64,000 nt of DNA from an uncultured Balneolaceae bacterium (GTDB lineage Bacteria > Bacteroidota > Rhodothermia > Balneolales > Balneolaceae), in NCBI GenBank assembly GCA_964615135.1, contig CAZTOG010000010.1, positions 35,161 to 99,160 on the forward strand. The letters are read 5' to 3'. The notes under the pieces are model-generated. The model had not been told where the DNA came from. It saw only the letters and a program-made list of their open reading frames with translations, and searched no databases. A program made the translations under genes and the position numbers. The stretch's first letter is position 1, and the number at the start of each line of letters is the position of its first letter. This document shows, piece by piece, positions 1 through 9,915 of this stretch.

Positions 1-1
1 C

Positions 2-247
2 GATGTGGTGTATTGGACCGATCCGCAATGGTTTGCTTCATCCCGCGAAAGAGGCACCACGCACGGTACCCCATGGAGCTACGATGCAAGAGTACCGGTG
101 CTATTTTACGGCTGGGACATTCCGGCAGGTAATTCAACCGAGCACGTTGGTATAATTGATATAGCACCTACCGTAGCCAACTTTTTAAACATACCCTATA
201 CATCGGCCAATATTGGTAAACCATTAAACCATCTGATGTATAAATAA
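2..247 (+). CDS. 3' end of an alkaline-phosphatase-superfamily enzyme (nucleotide pyrophosphatase/phosphodiesterase-like), truncated by the window edge
   Basis: The open frame runs from the window edge to a stop at 245-247. The peptide ...RGTTHGTPWSYDARVPVLFYGWDIPAG... resembles the C-terminal metal-ligand region of AP/NPP family proteins. A terminator hairpin follows. Confidence 0.45.
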   Translation, partial: DVVYWTDPQWFASSRERGTTHGTPWSYDARVPVLFYGWDIPAGNSTEHVGIIDIAPTVANFLNIPYTSANIGKPLNHLMYK

Positions 248-296
248 AGAATTGGAATATAGTTACAACTTATGGTGTTTGTTGTAATTAGAGTGG

Positions 297-329
297 GCCA
301 ACTCATGTAAAAATGAGTTGGCTTTTTTT
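297..329 (+). terminator. Rho-independent terminator
   Basis: Perfect 10-bp stem gccaactcat / atgagttggc with a 6-nt loop, followed by a T7 run. Confidence 0.75.
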
Positions 330-637
330 ATGCTTTTTTTCCTATAATTGATTTTTTACCGATGTGTTTATATGAGAAGTGTTCGATACAAGGATTTTAA
401 AATAACCGTGGTTGGTTAGCGAAATTACAATTAATGACAGTATTGGTTTAGCCGACGCAGATAACTAACATTCCACTTTTATGCAAAATATAGCAGCACG
501 CTTTCAACATATAACACTATAGTTCATTTTCAATAGCAATAAAATAGTGTAAAATACACATTGTTTATTCAGAGTTATGCTGTCTATAGCCTAAAATAAT
601 TATATAAATAATATAATATACATTATTTAAAATTTAA

Positions 638-645
638 TATTTTTG
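638..645 (+). promoter_or_regulatory. Candidate Bacteroidota -7 promoter element (TAnnTTTG)
   Basis: tatttttg matches TAnnTTTG about 107 nt upstream of the ATG at 752, in a 420-bp AT-rich non-coding region. Confidence 0.25.
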
Positions 646-751
646 CTTTTTATAGAAAAATAAATTACAATTAGGTTCAAATATATCTGCGTATTTGAGA
701 TTGTGTGGAATTTAGGGCTAGTACTAATTTTAAAAGAAACCTATAAGCTAA

Positions 752-1351
752 ATGATTTCAGTTTATAATATAAAACCAAAATTTCAGAAACTGTTAAAGC
801 CCATTCTTACTTTACTGCACAAACAAGGAATAACAGCCAATCAAATTACAATAAGTTCCATTTTATTATCATTTATCATTGGGGTAGGGTTTTGGTTTGC
901 CGATATCAATATTGTCCTATTTTTAATTCTTCCTATCGGTCTTTTTATAAGAATGGCACTGAATGCCCTTGATGGGATGATGGCCAGAACCTATAATCAG
1001 CAATCAAAAAAGGGTGAGATTTTAAATGAAATTGGAGACATTGTTTCAGATTTATTTGTGTTTTTCCCTTTATTAAAATTTGAAAGAGATATATTCTATT
1101 TAATTGCAGTATTCATTTGCTTGAGTATAATAAATGAATTTGCGGGTATTCTTGGAAAAGTTGTTTCTAACGAAAGGCGATATGAAGGACCTATGGGCAA
1201 AAGTGACAGAGCTTTGCTTTTAGGTATTTATGGAATTTTAAGCTATTTCTCAGTTAACTTTAACAAATATTCCTTATACATCTTTTTAGTAGTAACCTCA
1301 TTATTAATAATAAGCACTTCGATTAGACTAAAAAAATCTATTGAAAAATGA
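752..1351 (+). CDS. CDP-alcohol phosphatidyltransferase family membrane protein (YnbA-like)
   Basis: DGMMAR...GEILNEIGDIVSD is a close match to the signature DG(x)2AR(x)8G(x)3D(x)3D, although the first Asp of the pair is Asn here. The protein is multi-TM and 199 aa. ATGA overlap with the next gene. Confidence 0.8.
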   Translation: MISVYNIKPKFQKLLKPILTLLHKQGITANQITISSILLSFIIGVGFWFADINIVLFLILPIGLFIRMALNALDGMMARTYNQQSKKGEILNEIGDIVSDLFVFFPLLKFERDIFYLIAVFICLSIINEFAGILGKVVSNERRYEGPMGKSDRALLLGIYGILSYFSVNFNKYSLYIFLVVTSLLIISTSIRLKKSIEK

Positions 1352-2301
1352 AAGACATCCTAAGGCTGGATATACTCCGGAATAATGATTTACTATTAAT
1401 AGTTCTCCTCATTTTTGGACTATTAACGTTTGCTTCCATTTTATTCTATGTTATTGGAAAAATCAAGCCGGAAGCAAACTTAAAAGAACTCAAAGACAGA
1501 ACAAAGTCTTGGTGGGTAATGGCAATAGTATTTGTATGTGCAACATTAATAAACACTACCATTTCGTATTTTGCCATCGCTTTTCTTTCTTTTATTGCCT
1601 TCAGAGAATTGTATTCCGTTTTAGGATTCAGACAAACAGACCGAAGAGCCATTTTATGGGCCTTTTTATCCATACCCATACAGTATTATTTAGCATATAT
1701 CGGTTGGTATGGAGCTTATATCATTTTTATTCCGGTTGTAATGTTTTTATTTCTACCATTAAGACTTGTTTTAAAAGGCGATACCGTTGGAATTACCAAA
1801 TCGATGTCTGTTCTTCACTGGATTTTGATGTTGACGGTTTTTGGTATAAGTCATATGGCTTATTTACTTTCTCTCCCTGCAATTGAAGGATTTACGAGTG
1901 GTGGCAGAGGGCTATTGTTGTTCCTGGTATTTTTGACTGAAATTAATGATGTTATGCAGTTTACATGGGGTAAGATATTCGGAAAACATAAAATTATTCC
2001 TAAAGTAAGCCCGAACAAAACTTGGGAAGGTTTTATAGGCGGGGTGATAAGTACCACCATTATTGGATATTTTTTAGGATTTTTAACCCCTTTGAGTGTA
2101 AATCAGGTAATTTTTGTGAGTTTTATGATTGCCATTTCAGGTTACTTCGGTGATATTGTAATGTCTTCAATAAAAAGAGATGTTGGCGTAAAAGATATGG
2201 CATCAACCATTCCGGGGCACGGAGGTATTCTCGACCGAATAGATTCTTTGGCTTACACGGCACCGGTTTTCTTTCACATTGTCTATTACATCGCTTACTA
2301 A
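1348..2301 (+). CDS. Phosphatidate cytidylyltransferase family protein (CdsA paralogue, YnbB-like)
   Basis: C-terminal CDS signature SSIKRDVGVKDMASTIPGHGGILDRIDS and the NKTWEGFIGG motif. Polytopic membrane protein. Its stop TAA directly abuts the next ATG. Confidence 0.85.
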   Translation: MKDILRLDILRNNDLLLIVLLIFGLLTFASILFYVIGKIKPEANLKELKDRTKSWWVMAIVFVCATLINTTISYFAIAFLSFIAFRELYSVLGFRQTDRRAILWAFLSIPIQYYLAYIGWYGAYIIFIPVVMFLFLPLRLVLKGDTVGITKSMSVLHWILMLTVFGISHMAYLLSLPAIEGFTSGGRGLLLFLVFLTEINDVMQFTWGKIFGKHKIIPKVSPNKTWEGFIGGVISTTIIGYFLGFLTPLSVNQVIFVSFMIAISGYFGDIVMSSIKRDVGVKDMASTIPGHGGILDRIDSLAYTAPVFFHIVYYIAY

Positions 2302-2940
2302 ATGCAAAAATTAATTTTAAGAATTATTTACAGTGTACATATAAGATGGTTTTTAAAAATCATAATTGGTGTAAAGTTTGATAATGCAGATTTTCTAAAA
2401 TCAGAAAAGCAGTTTATAATAGTAGCAAACCACAACAGCCATTTGGATACAATGACTATACTGGCATCTTTGCCCAGTAAAATAATAGATAAAGTAAAGC
2501 CTGTTGCGGCTGCAGACCATTTTGGCAAGACAAGGTTAAAAGAGGTATTGACCAACTATTTTGTAAATACACTATTAATTCAAAGAAAACGCGATAAAGA
2601 AAACCCTGAGAATGACCCGATTAATAAAATGATAAAGGCAATTGACGACGGATTTTCACTTATTATTTTTCCCGAAGGAACGAGAGGAGAACCCGAACAA
2701 CAACAACCTTTAAAACCGGGCATAGCTTATGTGTTACGAAGCCGGCCGAAAATCAAATATGTTCCGGCTTATATGATTGGTATGGGAAAGGCAATGCCAA
2801 AAGATGATAATTTAATATTGCCATATAATTCATCCCTAACTTACGGGCAACCCACTGAAATCAAATCAACTGAAATCTTGGGTATTTTGAAAGAAATTGA
2901 AGCGAATTTAGAAGAACTAAAAGAGAAAAGTCGGGGTTAA
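2302..2940 (+). CDS. Lysophospholipid / 1-acyl-sn-glycerol-3-phosphate acyltransferase family protein
   Basis: HX4D motif (NHNSHLDT) and FPEGTRG motif typical of PlsC-type acyltransferases. Confidence 0.8.
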   Translation: MQKLILRIIYSVHIRWFLKIIIGVKFDNADFLKSEKQFIIVANHNSHLDTMTILASLPSKIIDKVKPVAAADHFGKTRLKEVLTNYFVNTLLIQRKRDKENPENDPINKMIKAIDDGFSLIIFPEGTRGEPEQQQPLKPGIAYVLRSRPKIKYVPAYMIGMGKAMPKDDNLILPYNSSLTYGQPTEIKSTEILGILKEIEANLEELKEKSRG

Positions 2941-3284
2941 CGGTTGGTTTGCCAAAATGACGGGTCAGGTCTGTCTATTGAGCGTTTTATTGATTTTGCA
3001 TTTAAAATACTTTTTAGATCAGTATCGAACAAGCCATCGATATAAGGGTTTGAAAATTACCATGATTGGTTGGTGGGATAGACCATTAAATATTATATCC
3101 ATGCCCTTATTTTTGCTTTTTATAGGATAATGGATTAGAATTAGGGTGGAATATGTTTGTGAAATTATGGGAAGCATGAAGTTGGGAGTGAAACGATGGT
3201 AAAATAGAGCAATCAATAAGTATGTTTAGACTGAAATGTTGCTAAATTTTGAAACTTTTATTATAATAGCACTACTATAGAAAA

Positions 3285-3638
3285 ATGCAATATTTTGAAA
3301 CTGTATTTTTGGAAGAAGTGGACAAATTTCTTGAAACATTAGATTCAAAGTCAAAAAAGAAGGTGATTTTTAATGTCCGGGTAGCTGAAAAAACAAATGA
3401 CCCAAAGCTATTCAAGAAATTAACTGCAAATATTTGGGAATTTAGAACTATATACCTTGGGCAACAAATTCGTTTGTTAGCATTCTGGGATAAAACTGAC
3501 AAAACCCAAACATTAGTTCTAGCCACTAACGGATTCATAAAAAAAACACAGAAAACACCAGGGAACGAAATTGAAAGAGCAGAACGAATTAGGGAGAAAT
3601 ACTTTATAGATAAGAACGGAAAAATTAAAAATAAATGA
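3285..3638 (+). CDS. Type II toxin, RelE/HigB-like (Gp49/DUF891-like)
   Basis: 117 aa. The region ...LTANIWEFRTIYLGQQIRLLAFWDK... is typical of Gp49/HigB-like toxins. ATGA overlap with a downstream XRE HTH gene. Confidence 0.65.
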   Translation: MQYFETVFLEEVDKFLETLDSKSKKKVIFNVRVAEKTNDPKLFKKLTANIWEFRTIYLGQQIRLLAFWDKTDKTQTLVLATNGFIKKTQKTPGNEIERAERIREKYFIDKNGKIKNK

Positions 3639-3952
3639 AGATGAAAACATACACATTGGCCGAAATGGAGGATAAACATATCGGCAAAATAGGCACTAAA
3701 GAGCGAGATGAATACGAGTACGAATTGCGTATGGAGCTTCTCGGGCGGATGATTAGAACAACCCGAAAAGAACAGAATCTAACTCAAGAAGAGCTCGGAC
3801 AATTGATTGGCGTGAATAAATCGCAAATATCCAAGCTTGAAAATCATGCGAATAGTGCAACTATTGAAACGATATTGAAAGTTTTTAAAGCCTTAAAAGC
3901 TGAAATAAATTTCAACGTAAAGATTGAAAATCAATACATAAGGCTAGTCTAA
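3635..3952 (+). CDS. XRE-family HTH antitoxin (HigA-like)
   Basis: HTH_3 pattern LTQEELGQLIGVNKSQISKLENHANSATIETILKVFKAL. 105 aa, translationally coupled to the upstream toxin-like ORF. Confidence 0.7.
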   Translation: MKMKTYTLAEMEDKHIGKIGTKERDEYEYELRMELLGRMIRTTRKEQNLTQEELGQLIGVNKSQISKLENHANSATIETILKVFKALKAEINFNVKIENQYIRLV

Positions 3953-4098
3953 AAATAAATAATAGCTTAACAATTCATTTGGCAAAAGAGTAAGAATGCG
4001 ATTATAAATCAACGCTTTTATTTAATTTTATCGTTTACTCGAAATTTACAGTTGAAATTACTGCCATTAGTCAATCCGGCAAAACGCTAAACAAAAAA

Positions 4099-4126
4099 AG
4101 GCTGCACCGGGCAGCCTTTAATTTTT
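4099..4126. terminator. Bidirectional rho-independent terminator between convergent genes
   Basis: Stem aggctgc / gcagcct with a 5-nt loop, A-run upstream and T-run downstream. Confidence 0.6.
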
Positions 4127-4149
4127 ACTTCAGATAATATTACCTAACA

Positions 4150-6048
4150 CTATTTTTGCATAATAGGCAATCTGATCTGTGATGGATATTTGGATGAATG
4201 GTGTATGGTATTGTTGGCCACAACGCCTTCGCTTTCATCGTAGTTTTTACCACCGGTATTCAGGTTACGTGCAAAACGCGGGAAGTTACTGCTGGAAATC
4301 TCAATTCTGATGCGGTGTCCTTTTTCGAAGTAGTTACTGGTAGATAAAGGAGTCAAATCAACTTTATAAACCTTGCCTTTTTCCATAAACACTTCTTTAT
4401 CGTAGCCTTCGCGGTAACGTACACGCTGAATGGTTTCGTCCAGGTTGTAGGCCGAGCCATCGGGGTAAACATCGATAAGTTTAAGCGTAATATCGGTGTC
4501 TTTAACATCGCTGGATAAATAAAAAGTTGACTCTATAAAGCCGGTAACTTCAACGCCTTCTTCCAGTGGATCGGTGGTATAAACCAAGATATCGTGGCGT
4601 GTTTCCATACCTTTTTGATCGAACGCACCGCCCTGAACGGCATTACCGGTACAACAAACGTTACCTCCATAGGATGGCACCGGATTCATGGGGTCATAAA
4701 CAAATGAATCGGGATTGTCTTTGCCGGGTTTTTTGGTTTCCAGTTTACCATCGCCATAAAGACTGTTGGCCTTACCACCGCTGTTCAGGTAATACGTGGT
4801 CATTTTTGCTTCTTTGGGCGGCCAAACATCCGATTGTTTCCACTCGTTGCTGCCCATAGTGTAATACTGAACTTTGGGATATTTTTCTGCAAAATTGGTT
4901 TCTTCGCCTTTTAGCCACATATCGAACCAATCGTAAATTTGCTCATCGTAGTTAAGGCGGGCATCGCCTACACTTCTTTCACCAACTATAGTATTTTCGC
5001 TGGCTCTGGTAAATGCACAGTGCAGGGTAGGAGCAATAATCAAATATTGATTGTCGCGCACTTCCTGGGTATCTCCATTTTCTCTTACGTGATTATATAG
5101 CGCCAAATTGGGACTCGAAGCCACATCGTACCACGAAACAAACCAGAAACTTGGAACACCATAACCCATATCGTCGTGGTAAAGTCCGCCTTCGTACCAT
5201 TTTGGATCGTTGGGAGTTCTACGGATTAAATCGTCAAAAATCTCCTGTTTACCGTTTATATTTTTCAATATATCCTGGATGGGAAGATGGTTTAAAGCTT
5301 CGGTCATATCTACCGGCGGGTTTTTTGGCGATAGATCATAAAATCTGGAAATACGGATCAGATCTTCTTGCGTTGCATCTTTGGGAATGCGAGGCTTAAA
5401 ATCGTCCTGCTCAACTCCGTACAACCATGCAAAGAACAGCATTTGCTCCGCTCCGCCGCGGTACCAGTTTCCTTGTTCGTAATAATCGCCGATACGGCCC
5501 ACGCCGGCACCAAAACCTTGTGGTACCATAGCAGCATGCGCCGGGTGACCTTGCGCCGCAACGGCCATTTCCCACTCAGCTGTTGACGAACAGCCGATGG
5601 TTCCAACTTTACCATTCGACCAAGACTGGTTTTCCATCCAGGTAAAAGCATCGGCACCGTCTGTTAATGGTACACCCAAAATGCCCCATTCCCCTTCGGA
5701 GAAATATCGGCCCCTTTCGTTCTGAACCACGTAGGCATAACCACGTTTTACTGCATTATAGGCATCGTTCAAAGCTCGGGTTTGCATTTTTCCATCTACC
5801 CAGGTATTGAAATTGTATGGGGTTCTTGAAAAAATAACCGGAACCGGTTTATCTGTTTTGGGTCGGTAGATATCGGTAGCTAACCGGGTTCCATCGCGCA
5901 TGGGCATCATTACTTTTTGGTCGATAATGGCAATTTCTTCCAATTTTTTTAGTATTTCGGCCGGATCTTGCTGTTGTGCTGCCACAATACCCGCGAAACC
6001 AAAAAGAAAAAGAGCGCCAAAAAGAACTCGTTTATATAGTTTAGTCAT
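4150..6048 (-). CDS. CocE/NonD family hydrolase (X-Pro dipeptidyl-peptidase S15-like), secreted
   Basis: 632 aa with an N-terminal signal peptide ([17 protein letters not shown]). Alpha/beta-hydrolase N-domain pattern ...RTPYN...[14 protein letters not shown]... and a C-terminal jelly-roll region typical of the CocE/NonD family. Confidence 0.7.
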   Translation of the reverse strand: MTKLYKRVLFGALFLFGFAGIVAAQQQDPAEILKKLEEIAIIDQKVMMPMRDGTRLATDIYRPKTDKPVPVIFSRTPYNFNTWVDGKMQTRALNDAYNAVKRGYAYVVQNERGRYFSEGEWGILGVPLTDGADAFTWMENQSWSNGKVGTIGCSSTAEWEMAVAAQGHPAHAAMVPQGFGAGVGRIGDYYEQGNWYRGGAEQMLFFAWLYGVEQDDFKPRIPKDATQEDLIRISRFYDLSPKNPPVDMTEALNHLPIQDILKNINGKQEIFDDLIRRTPNDPKWYEGGLYHDDMGYGVPSFWFVSWYDVASSPNLALYNHVRENGDTQEVRDNQYLIIAPTLHCAFTRASENTIVGERSVGDARLNYDEQIYDWFDMWLKGEETNFAEKYPKVQYYTMGSNEWKQSDVWPPKEAKMTTYYLNSGGKANSLYGDGKLETKKPGKDNPDSFVYDPMNPVPSYGGNVCCTGNAVQGGAFDQKGMETRHDILVYTTDPLEEGVEVTGFIESTFYLSSDVKDTDITLKLIDVYPDGSAYNLDETIQRVRYREGYDKEVFMEKGKVYKVDLTPLSTSNYFEKGHRIRIEISSSNFPRFARNLNTGGKNYDESEGVVANNTIHHSSKYPSQIRLPIMQK

Positions 6049-6292
6049 AATAGTAGTCAGTTTTAATTTATATTAAAAAAGTGTAGTTCTGCATTGTAAG
6101 TACAAAGCATATAAATTGAAAGGGCTAAACCAAGAATTGACGGGAATAAACAGCCCTAAACTTTCCGCACATATAGTGAGTTTGTTATAAGTGAATATAT
6201 AACAGGCGTGTATGGTTTAAAATATAGATAGGTAAAAAGTGTTAAATTATGTTTTTAATGGTGACGAATGCCTTTTAAAGCGCCCGTAATTT

Positions 6293-7084
6293 TTATTTTC
6301 CTTTAAAACTCGGTTTACGTTTCTCCAAAAACGCACGTACTCCTTCGTTATAATCGTAGGATGCGCCGGCTTTGGCCTGTAATTCTGCCTCCAATTCGAG
6401 TTGGTTGGCCAAGCTGTTATTAAACCCGGCGTTGATGGCATGTTTTGTAAGACCGAAGCCATACGTGGGCATTTTTGCCAGCTTTTCGGCCAGTTGGATA
6501 CAATCGGCTTTCAGGTCTTCCTGCTTTACGCTTTTATATATCATTCCCATGGCAACGGCTTCCTGTGCGGCTACCAGCCGGCCGGTGAATACGAGTTCTT
6601 TGGCTCGCGCTAAGCCAATCAATCGGGGTAAAATATAGGTGCCACCGCTATCGGGAATCAAACCGATATTTGAAAACGATTGGATAAATTTTGCATTTTC
6701 TGCCGCTATAACTATGTCGCACGCCAGTGCTATATTGGCGCCTGCACCTGCAGCGGTACCATTTACAGCACAAATAACCGGTTTATCTAAAAATCGGATG
6801 GCTTTTATTATTGGATTATAGGTTTTATGCACCACCTCGCTCAAATCGCCATCACCATTTTTGGCCATATCCACAACTTCCTGCAAATCCTGGCCGGCGC
6901 AAAACGCACGTCCGGCGCCTGTTAATAAAACACAACGGATTTCGGAGTTGTTTTTTGCCTCGTTCAATGCTTTTTGAAACTCCTTGCCCATATCCATGGT
7001 AAAACTGTTGAGTTTATCGGGACGGTTCAAAATAATTTCAAAAACATTGTTTTTAAGTGATGTGATTATATATTTATAGGCCAT
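6293..7084 (-). CDS. paaG: Enoyl-CoA hydratase/isomerase family protein, probably PaaG
   Basis: Crotonase fold motifs (LTGAGRAFCAGQDL, AVNGTAAGAGANIALACD). 263 aa, immediately downstream of paaABCD on the same strand. Confidence 0.6.
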   Translation of the reverse strand: MAYKYIITSLKNNVFEIILNRPDKLNSFTMDMGKEFQKALNEAKNNSEIRCVLLTGAGRAFCAGQDLQEVVDMAKNGDGDLSEVVHKTYNPIIKAIRFLDKPVICAVNGTAAGAGANIALACDIVIAAENAKFIQSFSNIGLIPDSGGTYILPRLIGLARAKELVFTGRLVAAQEAVAMGMIYKSVKQEDLKADCIQLAEKLAKMPTYGFGLTKHAINAGFNNSLANQLELEAELQAKAGASYDYNEGVRAFLEKRKPSFKGK

Positions 7085-7151
7085 TCAGCTGCTATTTGAA
7101 TTTAATATTTATAGAAAAGGAATCGATTATAGAGTAGCACAAAACCAAATG

Positions 7152-7658
7152 CTAGTGGCATTTAAAATGCTCGAACGGTTGGTGGCAGCCATTGCAAAAA
7201 TATTGCGATTTGCACGCCGTAGAACCAAACTCACTTACCAGTTCGGTTTCAAACGAGTCGCAAAATGGGCACGGAACCGTTTTTGTGCCCGACAGCACTT
7301 TCAGATAATCACCATCATTGGTGGTTTTAGTGGGCGGAGCTATACCAAAGTCTTTTAGCTTTATTTTCGCCTCTTCGGTCAGCCAATCGGTAGTCCATGC
7401 TTCGGAATAATCCAAAATCACGTCAAAATCAAAAATATCCATATCTATCAACTTTTCGCGTACCATTCTTTCGATGGCATTCATAGCCGGGCAGCCGGAG
7501 TATGTAGGCGTTATATTAACTATAACTTTATCGCCTTCAAATTCCACACTTCTGGCTATACCCATTTCAATAATATCCAGCACCGGTATTTCGGGATCTT
7601 TTATATCGCGCAGGAATTCCCAGATTTCTTTTTTGGTGTATTTGTGAAGTGTTTTCAT
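7152..7658 (-). CDS. paaD: 1,2-phenylacetyl-CoA epoxidase subunit PaaD
   Basis: 168 aa. N-terminal DUF59-like region (DPEIPVLDIIEMG...TPTYSGCPA) and C-terminal Cys cluster (CPFCDS...CNGCHQPFEHFK). Position after paaC. Confidence 0.8.
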   Translation of the reverse strand: MKTLHKYTKKEIWEFLRDIKDPEIPVLDIIEMGIARSVEFEGDKVIVNITPTYSGCPAMNAIERMVREKLIDMDIFDFDVILDYSEAWTTDWLTEEAKIKLKDFGIAPPTKTTNDGDYLKVLSGTKTVPCPFCDSFETELVSEFGSTACKSQYFCNGCHQPFEHFKCH

Positions 7659-7679
7659 GATTCCGGTTTTTATGGATTA

Positions 7680-8465
7680 TTATTTCCAAACAGCATCGGG
7701 GTGGGAACGTCTCAAAAACTGCATGGTCGTTAAAATATGTCCCAAATATTCGGTATGCATTCCGTTGCGGCTGCCGGTCATGCTGAATTGTTCCCAATCG
7801 GGTACGGTTAAAGTGGCTTCTTCTAGTGTGTCTTCGACCAATTTTCTCCATTCAGCCTTAAATTTAGAACTATCCGCGCCGTTTCCGTCTTTTAGCACCA
7901 TTTCATCCACTTCATCCATATAGAATAATTCATCTACGTACATCCAAAGGTCATCAAAAGCCTGTTGTATGCGTCGGTGGCTCTCATCGGTGCCGTCACC
8001 CAATCTCAAAACCCAAGTGCGGGTATGTCTGATATGATATTTCAATTCTTTTAGGTGTTTTTCAATCATTCCTTTGAATTGAACGTGCGCAGAATTGCTT
8101 AATTCTCTATATAAAAAATAATTGAACGAACTGTATAAAAATAAACGGGCTATGGTGAAGGCAAAATCACCGTTCGGCAATTCGTATAGCTGTAAGTTGG
8201 TAAAATCCTCATCATCTCTAAAAAAAGCAAAATAATCCTCATCATGGCCATTATCTTCTATCTCTGCGGCAAGCTCGTACAGCGCAGTGGCATGGCCGAT
8301 TAAATCCAACGCCATGTTGGAAAGTGCCAAATCTTCTTCCAACTCGGGGCCGTGCCCGCACCACTCCGAAACACGCTGACCTAAAATGAGTCTATCGTCT
8401 GCCAATCGCAAAATATAGGCTAAAAAAGCGTCATTTCTGCTCAATTTTTTTACATCTTTGCTCAT
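7680..8465 (-). CDS. paaC: 1,2-phenylacetyl-CoA epoxidase subunit PaaC
   Basis: 261 aa ferritin-like protein with the order paaA-paaB-paaC-paaD. N-terminus ...YILRLADDRLILGQRVSEWCGHGPELEEDLALSN... is typical of PaaC. Confidence 0.8.
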   Translation of the reverse strand: MSKDVKKLSRNDAFLAYILRLADDRLILGQRVSEWCGHGPELEEDLALSNMALDLIGHATALYELAAEIEDNGHDEDYFAFFRDDEDFTNLQLYELPNGDFAFTIARLFLYSSFNYFLYRELSNSAHVQFKGMIEKHLKELKYHIRHTRTWVLRLGDGTDESHRRIQQAFDDLWMYVDELFYMDEVDEMVLKDGNGADSSKFKAEWRKLVEDTLEEATLTVPDWEQFSMTGSRNGMHTEYLGHILTTMQFLRRSHPDAVWK

Positions 8466-8480
8466 AATCGATTCCTTTGG

Positions 8481-8783
8481 TTAAGCTCTTTTTTTTGAAG
8501 CACGCGGCACACTGTAAAATTGAGGGTGGCGATACGGTTTATCGTTTGACGGATCAAAGAAAGGTCCCATATCTTCCGGCGTAGAAGCGGTAATCGCGCT
8601 GGATGGAACCACCCAAATATTAACGGCTTCGTTACGCCTGGAATACACATCTCTGGCGTTTTGGAGTGCATTTTCGGCATCAACGGCATGTAAGCTACCG
8701 GCGTGCTCGTGGGCTTTACCGGAACCGGATTGGGTGAATACCTCCCACAGCGGCCATTCGTTTTTATCTTTGCTATTACTCAT
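8481..8783 (-). CDS. paaB: 1,2-phenylacetyl-CoA epoxidase subunit PaaB
   Basis: 100 aa. WPLWEVF...H.HAGSLHA...ALQNARDVYSRR is characteristic of PaaB. Confidence 0.85.
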   Translation of the reverse strand: MSNSKDKNEWPLWEVFTQSGSGKAHEHAGSLHAVDAENALQNARDVYSRRNEAVNIWVVPSSAITASTPEDMGPFFDPSNDKPYRHPQFYSVPRASKKRA

Positions 8784-8796
8784 AATAAACCATTAT

Positions 8797-9756
8797 TTAA
8801 GATGCTTTTTCTTCTTTCAATTTCTGTTTTTGGGCGTAGGCCATAGCGGCATCCCGCACCCATTCGCCGTCTTCGTAAGCTTTTCGTCGGGCATTCATAC
8901 GCACTCTATTCATAATTCCTTTGCCGCGAATTACATCCCAAAACTCGTCCCACGGAATTTCGCCGAAATCCCAATGGCCGGTTTCTTCATTAAATTTCAG
9001 GTCGGGATCAGGAAACTCGACACCTATTGCCTGGGCTTCCATCACGGCGCGGTCTATAAAATGCTGCCTCAGTTCGTCGTTGGTTTTAAGTTTCACTTTC
9101 CATTTAATCAAATCTGCACTATTGGGCGAATCGGTATCGGGCGGACCGAACATCATAAGTGTTGGCCACCAAAATCTTTTTACCGAACGCTGCACCATTT
9201 TACGCTGTTCGGGAGTGCCATCCATCATTTTGGCAACCATTTCATAGCCTTGTTTTTTATGGAAACTCTCCTCGCGGCATATTCGTACATTGGCCCTCGA
9301 ATAGGGTCCGTACGACGAGCGCGCCAACATGGTTTGGTTAACAATAGCCGCACCATCCACCAACCAGCCTATTACACAAACATCGGCATAATTCAGCGTT
9401 GGATAATTAAAAATACTCGAATATTTAGCGTTACCATATAGATATTGTCTTACCAGCTCATCGCGCGAAATCCCTAAAGTTTCCACACCACTGTACAGGT
9501 AAAGTCCGTGTCCGCATTCGTCCTGTACTTTTGCCAATAAAACCAATTTTCTTTTCAAAGACGGCGCACGTTGCAGCCAATTGCCTTCCGGCAGCATTCC
9601 AACAATCTCGGAATGGGCGTGTTGGCTGGCCATGCGTATTATTTGCTGCCTGTATCTATCGGGCATCCAATCTTTGGGTTCTATTTTTTCGCCCGCATCA
9701 ATTCGAGCCTGAAAGTCGTCGAGTTGTTTTTGTGTTTCCATAAGGTAATGTAGCAT
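8797..9756 (-). CDS. paaA: 1,2-phenylacetyl-CoA epoxidase catalytic subunit PaaA
   Basis: 319 aa di-iron ferritin-like oxygenase (QHAHSEIVG..., [14 protein letters not shown] ligand motifs). First gene of the paa cluster. Confidence 0.85.
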   Translation of the reverse strand: MLHYLMETQKQLDDFQARIDAGEKIEPKDWMPDRYRQQIIRMASQHAHSEIVGMLPEGNWLQRAPSLKRKLVLLAKVQDECGHGLYLYSGVETLGISRDELVRQYLYGNAKYSSIFNYPTLNYADVCVIGWLVDGAAIVNQTMLARSSYGPYSRANVRICREESFHKKQGYEMVAKMMDGTPEQRKMVQRSVKRFWWPTLMMFGPPDTDSPNSADLIKWKVKLKTNDELRQHFIDRAVMEAQAIGVEFPDPDLKFNEETGHWDFGEIPWDEFWDVIRGKGIMNRVRMNARRKAYEDGEWVRDAAMAYAQKQKLKEEKAS

Positions 9757-9915
9757 TTAATTTTGGAAGCGCTTTTCTAAATATATAATCAATTATACAA
9801 AAATTAAAACTTAAGTATCCCGCACTTTAAATTAAAAGCCGAAAAATGGGCTAAATGGGTAAACTATATGTAAAAATCTTGGTACATTCCGTACTTAAAT
9901 ATTATTAAAGGAAAA

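Noticed and set aside
3019-3679. ORFs 3019..3216 (-) and 3275..3679 (-) near the HigBA-like pair
   Set aside because: The first lies in AT-rich intergenic DNA and has no motif. The second is antisense to the toxin gene and has Phe/Leu/Ser-rich shadow composition.
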